From positions 355,012,001 to 355,076,000 of the forward strand of contig OZ024740.1 in assembly GCA_964016885.1 (NCBI GenBank): a stretch of 64,000 nt of DNA, given 5' to 3'. Positions 40,601-51,075 of the stretch are shown piece by piece. Each line of letters starts with the position of its first letter. The first letter of the stretch is position 1. The position numbers and the translations under genes were made by a program. The notes beneath the pieces were generated by a model. That model was not told the origin of the DNA, did no database searches, and saw only the letters and a program-made list of their open reading frames with translations. The stretch is from Eledone cirrhosa (taxonomy: Eukaryota).

Positions 40601-40908
40601 CTCCACCTGGTCTCTTGAATACAACAAACATCGACCTCCTTACGTTCAAGCATTTCTACAACCTCGTTAGCGCGACCCTTTAGGGTGCCTACATTTATGG
40701 TACCAACTCTGAAGTTTTGGATTGCGTTTGGGGGTTGGGGGCGGTGAGGGGCGGGGGGCGATGGGGTTATGTTAGCCGTCCGCGGTCGAAACAATGAGGA
40801 GTGCTCGCATTCTCGTCCAAGGGGTGAATTTGTCTTTATCTTTGGCATTGTCGCTGAGCGTCCAGATTTTTCTCTCTCACCTCCACTCTCCAGGATTCCG
40901 CAGTCCAT
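37678..40908 (-). CDS. Intact RTE-clade LINE ORF: AP endonuclease + reverse transcriptase with inserted C4HC3 (PHD-like) finger, 1076 aa
   Basis: APE motifs (GTINVGTL, CIQETRW, SAYAPQ, IAGDLNGHVG, VDYIL, SQHR); RT motifs (NYRGIKL, QFGF, DLEKAFD, GVHQGSVLSP, YADD, YLG); RTE-type C-terminus (RLRWYGHVMR, GRPRKTW, DRDLWR). No stops. Confidence 0.97.
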   Translation of the reverse strand: MDCGILESGGEREKSGRSATMPKIKTNSPLGRECEHSSLFRPRTANITPSPPAPHRPQPPNAIQNFRVGTINVGTLKGRANEVVEMLERKEVDVCCIQETRWRGGSARFIEGKKRCYKLFWVGNDDGLGGVGIMVAEKWADKIIDVNRVNDRIIKIRLVLNRTTVTVISAYAPQSGLPGTIKDRFYETLMLTTSQISDSDYIIIAGDLNGHVGQHCDGYDEIHGGYGFGTRNEEGSRILEFCDANNLTICNTNFKKRDNHLITYRSGEHTSQVDYILTRRRDRVSVVNTKSLPHEECTSQHRLIISDLIVRTRRTRQQKRTILRRKIWKLKDPTARNKFQSILLDAFDSKEEHLESDNIEGEWEFLKANLLLATDEVCGWSRPVGRRRVTWWWNSKVEGSIKAKKQAWKVWRDGGSREDYQVARREARRQVYLARREAEERKFKHVLQRDDQKREVFRIARQCVKENRDIVGEKCVLNDDGTLAITDADKKVAWKCHYERLLNEENNWEKGSLPHIGPIEGPAVLVEGSIISKAIKDMKTGKAAGPSEIVAEMLKASGTVGHTMVTRIVNQVVQNGVVPKDWHSSIIVNCYKGKGDALDRSNYRGIKLIDQVMKVTERVIAQLIRERIDLDEMQFGFVSGKSTTDALFIVRQLQEKYLAKGKPLYLAFVDLEKAFDRVPRSIIWWALRKLGVDEWLVRAIQAMYKETVSKVRINNEYSEEFSVKVGVHQGSVLSPLLFIIALQAITEEFKTGCPWELLYADDLTLIAESMAELEKKFQTWKHGLESKGLKINLAKTKVLVCRKENKAAVPSGKWSCSVCRKGVGRNSILCPKCKVWVHKRCSGITGKLTKNIDFTCGRCSGAISSSKCPQTTSSFNCAEGSIEIVDSFRYLGDKISSGGGCSESTVARVRTGWKKFRELIPLLAAKGFSLKMKGRLYDACIRTAMLHGSETWALCAEDIRRLERNEACMLRWMCNSNIRERQSINELRKKLEIRGIRCCLLERRLRWYGHVMRMKVDSCITKCRAIKIDGSHGIGRPRKTWDELINSDITHLHLSKTMSLDRDLWRYSVTEKTRLT

Positions 40909-40959
40909 CCATCCATCATATATCGTATATCGAAAGGCAACCAGGCAAGCGATAGTATA

Positions 40960-41060
40960 GGCCTCTGGTTTCTGATTGGTCCGCGTGATAATACTGGTGA
41001 TGCGTGGGGGCTCTGTTTTATGATTGGTCCACGTAATAGCAATGGTGGTGTGTGGTGTTG
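40960..41060. promoter_or_regulatory. Duplicated ~48-bp CCAAT-containing motif in the LINE 5'UTR; one copy matches ERSE-II
   Basis: TGATTGGTCCGCGT (40973) and TGATTGGTCCACGT (41021); the ERSE-II consensus is ATTGG-N-CCACG. Function untested. Confidence 0.4.
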
Positions 41061-41062
41061 GG

Positions 41063-41176
41063 TAGCTAGCAAGAAGGTAATGATTGAGTGGGGTCCATGC
41101 TAGCTAGCAAGAAGGTAATGATTGAGTGGGGTCCATGCTAGCTAGCAAGAAGGTAATGATTGAGTGGGGTCCATGC
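41063..41176. repeat. Three copies of a 38-bp unit joining the LINE 5'UTR to the monomer array
   Basis: TAGCTAGCAAGAAGGTAATGATTGAGTGGGGTCCATGC at 41063, 41101, 41139. Confidence 0.95.
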
Positions 41177-44100
41177 ATTTAACAAGCGATTAACAAAAAT
41201 ACAAAATTTGTTCTGTTAAATACGTCCAAAAACCTACGTATTTAGCACTTAATAGAAACAGAAAATGTAGTTTGTTTTAGCGATAGATTGGCTATTTGGA
41301 CTTGATACGAAATATGGATTGTTTTGAAAATACGCTAGGAGAGAGAGAGAGAGAGAGATGAAGTCTGTACATTACGTTTACATGAATTTCGTTGGGACAG
41401 CAAGCAATGAAATGAAATTTGGCGAAGTGAATTCCTATCATATATTTATAGGGAGAGAGAGAGAGAGTGAGCGAGAGCGAGGGTAGGGGGCCACATGATG
41501 GCTGTGGGTGTTAGGCGTTTGACCGCCCCGTGCCTTCGAAGAAGGAAGAAGGAAAGGATTTTGCTTTTTTGTTTTGAAGATACGCTAGAATTAGGGATTG
41601 GGGTTTGAAAATACGTTAGGAATTAAGGTTTGAAAATAGCTAGCAAGAAGGTAATGATTGAGTGGGGTCCATGCATTTAACAAGCGATTAACAAAAATAC
41701 AAAATTTGTTCTGTTAAATACGTCCAAAAACCTACGTATTTAGCACTTAATAGAAACAGAAAATGTAGTTTGTTTTAGCGATAGATTGGCTATTTGGACT
41801 TGATACGAAATATGGATTGTTTTGAAAATACGCTAGGAGAGAGAGAGAGAGAGATGAAGTCTGTACATTACGTTTACATGAATTTCGTTGGGACAGCAAG
41901 CAATGAAATGAAATTTGGCGAAGTGAATTCCTATCATATATTTATAGGGAGAGAGAGAGAGAGTGAGCGAGAGCGAGGGTAGGGGGCCACATGATGGCTG
42001 TGGGTGTTAGGCGTTTGACCGCCCCGTGCCTTCGAAGAAGGAAGAAGGAAAGGATTTTGCTTTTTTGTTTTGAAGATACGCTAGAATTAGGGATTGGGGT
42101 TTGAAAATACGTTAGGAATTAAGGTTTGAAAATAGCTAGCAAGAAGGTAATGATTGAGTGGGGTCCATGCATTTAACAAGCGATTAACAAAAATACAAAA
42201 TTTGTTCTGTTAAATACGTCCAAAAACCTACGTATTTAGCACTTAATAGAAACAGAAAATGTAGTTTGTTTTAGCGATAGATTGGCTATTTGGACTTGAT
42301 ACGAAATATGGATTGTTTTGAAAATACGCTAGGAGAGAGAGAGAGAGAGATGAAGTCTGTACATTACGTTTACATGAATTTCGTTGGGACAGCAAGCAAT
42401 GAAATGAAATTTGGCGAAGTGAATTCCTATCATATATTTATAGGGAGAGAGAGAGAGAGTGAGCGAGAGCGAGGGTAGGGGGCCACATGATGGCTGTGGG
42501 TGTTAGGCGTTTGACCGCCCCGTGCCTTCGAAGAAGGAAGAAGGAAAGGATTTTGCTTTTTTGTTTTGAAGATACGCTAGAATTAGGGATTGGGGTTTGA
42601 AAATACGTTAGGAATTAAGGTTTGAAAATAGCTAGCAAGAAGGTAATGATTGAGTGGGGTCCATGCATTTAACAAGCGATTAACAAAAATACAAAATTTG
42701 TTCTGTTAAATACGTCCAAAAACCTACGTATTTAGCACTTAATAGAAACAGAAAATGTAGTTTGTTTTAGCGATAGATTGGCTATTTGGACTTGATACGA
42801 AATATGGATTGTTTTGAAAATACGCTAGGAGAGAGAGAGAGAGAGAGATGAAGTCTGTACATTACGTTTACATGAATTTCGTTGGGACAGCAAGCAATGA
42901 AATGAAATTTGGCGAAGTGAATTCCTATCATATATTTATAGGGAGAGAGAGAGAGAGTGAGCGAGAGCGAGGGTAGGGGGCCACATGATGGCTGTGGGTG
43001 TTAGGCGTTTGACCGCCCCGTGCCTTCGAAGAAGGAAGAAGGAAAGGATTTTGCTTTTTTGTTTTGAAGATACGCTAGAATTAGGGATTGGGGTTTGAAA
43101 ATACGTTAGGAATTAAGGTTTGAAAATAGCTAGCAAGAAGGTAATGATTGAGTGGGGTCCATGCATTTAACAAGCGATTAACAAAAATACAAAATTTGTT
43201 CTGTTAAATACGTCCAAAAACCTACGTATTTAGCACTTAATAGAAACAGAAAATGTAGTTTGTTTTAGCGATAGATTGGCTATTTGGACTTGATACGAAA
43301 TATGGATTGTTTTGAAAATACGCTAGGAGAGAGAGAGAGAGAGAGATGAAGTCTGTACATTACGTTTACATGAATTTCGTTGGGACAGCAAGCAATGAAA
43401 TGAAATTTGGCGAAGTGAATTCCTATCATATATTTATAGGGAGAGAGAGAGAGAGTGAGCGAGAGCGAGGGTAGGGGGCCACATGATGGCTGTGGGTGTT
43501 AGGCGTTTGACCGCCCCGTGCCTTCGAAGAAGGAAGAAGGAAAGGATTTTGCTTTTTTGTTTTGAAGATACGCTAGAATTAGGGATTGGGGTTTGAAAAT
43601 ACGTTAGGAATTAAGGTTTGAAAATAGCTAGCAAGAAGGTAATGATTGAGTGGGGTCCATGCATTTAACAAGCGATTAACAAAAATACAAAATTTGTTCT
43701 GTTAAATACGTCCAAAAACCTACGTATTTAGCACTTAATAGAAACAGAAAATGTAGTTTGTTTTAGCGATAGATTGGCTATTTGGACTTGATACGAAATA
43801 TGGATTGTTTTGAAAATACGCTAGGAGAGAGAGAGAGAGAGATGAAGTCTGTACATTACGTTTACATGAATTTCGTTGGGACAGCAAGCAATGAAATGAA
43901 ATTTGGCGAAGTGAATTCCTATCATATATTTATAGGGAGAGAGAGAGAGAGTGAGCGAGAGCGAGGGTAGGGGGCCACATGATGGCTGTGGGTGTTAGGC
44001 GTTTGACCGCCCCGTGCCTTCGAAGAAGGAAGAAGGAAAGGATTTTGCTTTTTTGTTTTGAAGATACGCTAGAATTAGGGATTGGGGTTTGAAAATACGT

Positions 44101-44193
44101 TAGGAATTAAGGTTTGAAAATAGCTAGCAAGAAGGTAATGATTGAGTGGGGTCCATGCATTTAACAAGCGATTAACAAAAATACAAAATTTGT
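41141..44193. repeat. Tandem array of six 496/498-bp units plus a ~70-bp partial unit
   Basis: Unit starts (GCTAGCAAGAAGG) at 41141, 41639, 42135, 42631, 43129, 43627, 44123; the only difference noticed is the length of one (GA)n tract. Confidence 0.97.
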
Positions 44194-44484
44194 ATATATA
44201 TATATATAGTGTAGTTTGTGTATATATATATATATATATATACATATATACACACACACACACATATAGGGTAGTTTGTTAAAGAATATCCAAAGTTAGG
44301 AGAACACTTATATATATATATATATATTGGATTAAATGCTCTGAAATAGCGATATATATGTGAAGATAGACATAGAATATTCGAAAATATTCTGTATGTT
44401 TATAATAAACATTTTGAAGACCTAATCGCTATAGAATAGAATACGTCACGTATTACAATTAGATTCTCGATAAAAGCAAGGGAA

Positions 44485-44527
44485 GTAACCTACGCGTTTC
44501 ATTCTTATTAGAAATCTTCAGGATTAC
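44485..44527 (-). ncRNA. Type I hammerhead ribozyme in the inverted copy
   Basis: Exact reverse complement of 44836-44878. Confidence 0.85.
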
Positions 44528-44835
44528 ATATCCAGTGCTTTTATCGAGAATGACACAGCTAGAGACTTATAGAATACTTAGCTGTGTACAGGAACTGGTT
44601 TGAAAGAGCGGTTGCCGGTCCGGCAGAAATTAGAAATTGGATTAAATGTATAAACATACAGAATATTTTCGAATATTCTATGTCTATCTTCACATATATA
44701 TCGCTATTTCAGAGCATTTAATCCAATTTCTAATTTCTGCCGGACCGGCAACCGCTCTTTCAAACCAGTTCCTGTACACAGCTAAGTATTCTATAAGTCT
44801 CTAGCTGTGTCATTCTCGATAAAAGCACTGGATAT

Positions 44836-44878
44836 GTAATCCTGAAGATTTCTAATAAGAATGAAACGCGTAGGTTAC
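44836..44878 (+). ncRNA. Type I hammerhead ribozyme, direct copy 1
   Basis: GTAATC-CTGAAGA-T-TTCT(AATA)AGAA-T-GAAA-CGCG-TA-GGTTAC: stem I GUAAUC/GGUUAC, CUGANGA and GAAA core, palindromic CGCG at stem III, predicted cut after A44872. Confidence 0.85.
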
Positions 44879-45144
44879 TTCCCTTGCTTTTATCGAGAAT
44901 CTAATTGTAATACGTGACGTATTCTATTCTATAGCGATTAGGTCTTCAAAATGTTTATTATAAACATACAGAATATTTTCGAATATTCTATGTCTATCTT
45001 CACATATATATCGCTATTTCAGAGCATTTAATCCAACTTCTAATTTCTGCCGGACCAGCACCGCTCTTTCAAACCAGTTCCTCTACACAGCTAAGTATTC
45101 TATAAGTCTCTAGCTGTGTGATTCTCGATAAAAGCACTGGATAT

Positions 45145-45187
45145 GTAATCCTGAAGATTTCTAATAAGAATGAAACGCGTAGGTTAC
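45145..45187 (+). ncRNA. Type I hammerhead ribozyme, direct copy 2
   Basis: Identical to 44836-44878. Confidence 0.85.
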
Positions 45188-45454
45188 TTCCCTTGCTTTT
45201 ATCGAGAATCTAATTGTAATACGTGACGTATTCTATTCTATAGCGATTAGGTCTTCAAAATGTTTATTATAAACATACAGAATATTTTCGAATATTCTAT
45301 GTCTATCTTCACATATATATCGCTATTTCAGAGCATTTAATCCAATTTCTAATTTCTGCCGGACCGGCAACCGCTCTTTCAAACCAGTTCCTGTACACAG
45401 CTAAGTATTCTATAAGTCTCTAGCTGTGTCATTCTCGATAAAAGCACTGGATAT

Positions 45455-45497
45455 GTAATCCTGAAGATTTCTAATAAGAATGAAACGCGTAGGTTAC
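45455..45497 (+). ncRNA. Type I hammerhead ribozyme, direct copy 3
   Basis: Identical to 44836-44878. Confidence 0.85.
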
Positions 45498-45764
45498 TTC
45501 CCTTGCTTTTATCGAGAATCTAATTGTAATACGTGACGTATTCTATTCTATAGCGATTAGGTCTTCAAAATGTTTATTATAAACATACAGAATATTTTCG
45601 AATATTCTATGTCTATCTTCACATATATATCGCTATTTCAGAGCATTTAATCCAATTTCTAATTTCTGCCGGACCGGCAACCGCTCTTTCAAACCAGTTC
45701 CTGTACACAGCTAAGTATTCTATAAGTCTCTAGCTGTGTCATTCTCGATAAAAGCACTGGATAT

Positions 45765-45807
45765 ATAATCCTGAAGATTTCTAATAAGAATGAAACGCGT
45801 AGGTTAC
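45765..45807 (+). ncRNA. Type I hammerhead ribozyme, direct copy 4
   Basis: Same core; G>A at the outer base of stem I. Confidence 0.83.
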
Positions 45808-45929
45808 TTCCCTTGCTTTTATCGAGAATCTAATTGTAATACGTGACGTATTCTATTCTATAGCGATTAGGTCTTCAAAATGTTTATTATAAACATACAG
45901 AATATTTTCGAATATTCTATGTCTATCTT

Positions 45930-45975
<46 letters not shown>

Positions 45976-47304
45976 TGTTCTCCTAACTTTATATATATAT
46001 CATCACCGTTTAACGTCCATTTTTCCACGCTGGCATGGGCTAGACAAGTTATCCTGTTGTGAGCAATGCTAGGTCAGGTGGACATATCATGTATGTGTGT
46101 GTGTATATATACACACACACACGCATACATATATGTATGTATATAGGCGAGAACAGAGGTATTATATCTATAGGAACTTCTGTATGCAGATGACCTAGTT
46201 CTCATAGCTAAATTTGGGGAAAAATGTGAGAAGAAATTCCAAATATAGAAGCAAAACTGAAAATTGAGAAGTAAATCTAGTAAAAACAAAAGTTTTAGTT
46301 AGAAAGAAAAACAGGACTCTTCTACCATCTGCAAAGTACCCATAGTCAATATACTGTATAGTTATTGCTAGTAATTCCATATTGTGTACCCAATGTAAAC
46401 TATTCTTGCTAACAAATATTAAATGATGATGATGGTGTTCTGAAAGTGTAAATAAATCAGGGAGCTATTAACTCTTCTGGCAACAAAATAATTCTCTATT
46501 ACAATGATTGGTAAATTGTATGATGTTTATATATGAAATGCAATGTTGTGTGGCAGCTAAACATAGACAAAGAATACAGAAAATATGCTAAGACTGGAAA
46601 GAAATGAAGCAAGTGTGCTCGTTTGGAAATGTTATGTTAGTGTGAATGAATAATGGAGTACAAAAGAGCTGAAATTTTAAAATATGGGTATAAGACTAAT
46701 CAGATATTGTGTGCAAGAAAGGAGGTTCCTCTGGTACAGACATGATGTGTATGGAAGTTGATTTTTGGGTAAAGAATGCCAAGTGGAATGGATCAATGGA
46801 AGGCATAGGAAGAAGTTATGAAAGCTCATCTCAGGAATCTTAACCTCATAAGGTAAATAACAAACCATGATAAGTGACAATACACTGTGCTGGAAAAGCT
46901 CCATCCACTCCTTGAAAGCATAAATACATGTAAAATGATATGATGAATAGGTAACATCAAAATTTACAGTGACGTTATGTTGTTGCAATTTTGTTGTTCT
47001 AAATTATTAGTTGAATATATTTTCCTCCCTTTCCTCATTTCTTCTCCTTCCCTTCCTCCATTTCCTCTTCCTCGCATGTCAGTGTTTTTGAAATATTGGG
47101 TGAAATGTCTGCTTTCTCTGCTAACAAGATTGACTGGGTGACCACAGATGAAGTATTATCTGTCTAAGAAAAGGAAATCAAACCTTTTAGATGCAATCTT
47201 AGCTACATGGAGAATATAGATTTCTTTCAGAAACTGTTATTCCTAGAATTGCTTTGATAGTCCTAGAATGTATGTGATGTAAAAGCTGATGAATTAGAAG
47301 TATT

Positions 47305-47563
47305 AACTCTTTTGATACCAAACCATCTGAAACCTCCTGGATTCTATGATACAAAACTGCTCATTTTAAATTGTTCAGACTTATATCAAAATGCTCCCAT
47401 GATAATTTTGTTTAAGAAACATCTATAAAGTTATGTTCCAAGCACCAGCTTAATAATGAAAAAAGTTATTTTATTAAATCCCTCCAATGTTTTAATACAT
47501 TTCCACAATTAATTGAAACATAGGCAATATCTTTCATTAGAAAGATGGCAATGAAAGGGTTAA
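47305..47563. mobile_element. Second TTAA-flanked MITE family
   Basis: TTAACTCTTTTGATACCAAACC...ATGAAAGGGTTAA; relatives at ~6606-6868, ~22230-22567, ~31159-31420(-), ~60598-60845. Confidence 0.7.
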
Positions 47564-47589
47564 GTTATTCCTGTTACATTCATCACTGA

Positions 47590-47769
<180 letters not shown>

Positions 47770-48729
47770 TGATTAACTCTAAAACTTGAAGTATTTTCTT
47801 AAATTTCGATAGGTAGTTATAGTTTGAAATCTTAGATAAGTTACAGAGAATATATGTATGCCATATATACTTGTGTATAAGTTGCGCCTCACAGCATTTT
47901 ACACACAGCATTTACAATTATCATCATTTAAGGTTTTGTAGATCCAGTAGATGTCATATGTTATATTTTTGTGGAATTAAAGTATATACACAAGTATATA
48001 CACTATAAGGCAGAGTCATTAGAACATCGGATAGAATGCTTTATGGTATTTGTTCCGGCTCTCGGAGTTGAAATCCTCTTTGCCTTTCATCTTTTCAAGG
48101 TCGATAATAAAATGTACCAGTTTAGTACTGGGGTTGATTCTTCCTCTCTCTGGAAGAAATCTGGAGAGGGATGGCTTAAAATGCCCAAGAAATGCTGTAT
48201 GTCAATATGGCGTTCCATGACTCTATCAGGAGTTACGGGACCATACATACATACATATACACTATATATACAATATTATTGTTGACTCTTCAAATTCGTT
48301 TTATTTAAATCTTGGAAAATTATGGCAATTATTTTTTTGTATGAAAATGACATTGACAAAATAGAGAAGTTGACTATGGGGCTCACAAGGCCATCCCCAG
48401 CTTCAATGAGGAAAATGGTCACAAAATATCTGTTGTATAAAAATGTCTCATCTCCATTAAATGGAAATTACTAAAGATGGATTTGCTACTTAATTTGACA
48501 AGAAAAAATTGGGGTCTTGAGACTGAATTTTTAAATCAATGTGAATTATAATAGTTCATCACATTTTCTAATGAAATTTGGTGGATGTTTGAAGTTCAGT
48601 TTTTAAAATATGTTCAATTTTATTACTGTTTATAAAAGAAATTCATTTATAAATTAAAAAAAAAAAAATTGGAATTTATTTGGAATCAAAATTTCTTTCC
48701 TTTATTTTGATTAGAATTGAATTAAATGA

Positions 48730-48900
<171 letters not shown>

Positions 48901-50778
48901 TAGTTTATCTAATTACTTATTTTATTAGCACCAATTAGTATCAATTTGGATGATTTAATAGATTGAGTATGTAATATGTGAGCAGAATAAGTTCTCACTT
49001 GATAACTTTCTGGTTATCATTACTGACATTGTGATCTTTTATTAACAAGTTACTGAACATATTGGAATGCGTCTAGTTCATTAGTAAAATTGACAGTATA
49101 TAGCAACTATAGTTGGGGGCAAGTATTTCAGCAATTGAGAAGAAATATCTTCCAGAGAATAAGTGTGACCTCTTATGGTGTTCATCTTAATGTTCTATAT
49201 GTTTTTTGGCATTTTCATAAGATGAATAGAACAAAACATTAGTACTCATTACAGTCCTCAGATCACACAAACTTCTGCACACACACACACATATATATAT
49301 TTATATGTGTGATTAACTCAATGCTTTCATATTGTTAAATTAAATCAACCATAATAATATGCCACGGACGTTTGTATATATTATATATGTATATCAGCTT
49401 CATATACACAATGTTTGTTGATATCTGTGTGTGTATACCAAGCCAATCTCTTGGATTTTTACGAAGCGCTGAGGCAACAAAGTTAATACAAAGAATGGAG
49501 TGCTGATGCACAGAGATGCTATAAAATAGCTTATAAAATAGGGTGAGATAGAAAAAGAAGTTGCTGATGACCTCTTTACTTCTTTTTCTGTTTTTACGTT
49601 TCTTCACTCTATTTTATAAGCCATTTTATAGCATCTCTGCATATGAGAACTCCATTCTTCATATCAGATATATATATATACCATTGATTTCCAATCCCAC
49701 ATTTGGTTTAGTTTGTGTATTTGCACTTCCTCATGCAAGACATTCAGGCAACTATAAAAACAAAATGGCTGTTTGTAATTCCTTAAAATTTGCACAAACA
49801 AGCATACACACAATGTATTTCCTATCTCAGTCATATTGTTAGTATTCCAGACAAAGGGTCTTGAGTTCAAATTCTGCATTTGTCCCTGTAAATAATTATT
49901 TCTCCAAAGTTTCTCATACATTTAAACCTGATACCAACCAATCCCAAAAAAGTAATGTACAGAGGCTTACTCTTTACTTACTTCTGCAGTTGTCTCACAA
50001 GGAAGAAGTCATCGGTTGTACCACCACCTGGCATAAAACCAAACTGCATCTCATCTAGCTTAATTCTATCTCTAATTAGTTGCACTACAATCTTTTCAAT
50101 AACTTTCACGGTCTGGAATGTTAAATATCACTGCCAACAATGCTGAAAGTGAAGAGAACATCCATCAAATTCACTCACAAGACATTAGTTGACTGGAAGT
50201 TATAGAAGACCTTAAGTACCACATAATGAGATAGAACCCAAGACCATATGGTTGTAAATCAAACTTTTTAACTACACAGATGCCTGCATCTATTAATAAA
50301 ATAAATATCAGTAGTATACTGGACACTAAATTTTATATTTATAATATTTGATCAACTCTATACAGCCAGTCTTGAATCATCATCATCATCGTATAACGTC
50401 CATTTTCCATGCTAGCATGTGTAGGACAAGCTGTCCCTTTGTGAGAGATCAAGTCAAAGGACCATGTTTCGCTCACACAGGGTTGATTTTTGGCTTGGTT
50501 TCTACGACTGGATGCCTTTCCTAATGCCAACCACATTTACAGTGTGTGCTGGGTACTTTTTATTGTGTCACCTACATGACCACTTTACAGCGTGGACTGG
50601 GCACTTCTTGTGTCACCGACACGGCGACTTTAGTGTAGACTGGGCGCTTTTTGTTGTGACACCTACATGACCACTTTATAGCCAGGACTGGGCACTTTTT
50701 GTCATGTCGTCGATACAACCACTTTACAGTGTAGACTAGGCGCTTTTTTGTCATGCTATAGTGAATTACAATACATGA

Positions 50779-51075
<297 letters not shown>

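Larger units (their letters stand above)
37285..44193 (-). mobile_element. Full-length young RTE LINE, antisense in a FAM135 intron: (GAT)n tail, ~370-nt 3'UTR, ORF, 5'UTR and upstream monomer array
   Basis: (CAT)n at 37285-37305 on +; 3'UTR near-identical to the copies at 9703 and 11470; both ends abut (TA)n. Including 41141-44193 in the element is inference. Confidence 0.85.
44326..45940 (+). mobile_element. Hammerhead-ribozyme (retrozyme / Penelope-type) array: one inverted 323-bp copy followed by ~4.2 direct 310-bp units, embedded in (TA)n
   Basis: Inverted copy at 44326-44648; direct units recur at 44651, 44961, 45270, 45580, 45890; every full unit has a hammerhead core and several hairpins. 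Confidence 0.85.

Noticed and set aside
37868-40960. Plus-strand ORFs overlapping the LINE (also 10134-11075)
   Set aside because: Antisense shadows of the LINE coding sequence.
41141-41638. Hammerhead or HDV-like ribozyme in the 496-bp LINE monomer
   Set aside because: No CTGANGA found on either strand and no convincing HDV pseudoknot could be built by eye; a descriptor search would be needed.
41794-43970. Repeated 62-aa ORF MDLIRNMDCF... in the 496-bp units
   Set aside because: TTG start; frame depends on (GA)n length and is intact in only three of six units; no recognisable domain.
41141-45940. Tandem arrays as CRISPR-like loci
   Set aside because: No unique spacers, units far too long, eukaryotic context, no cas genes.
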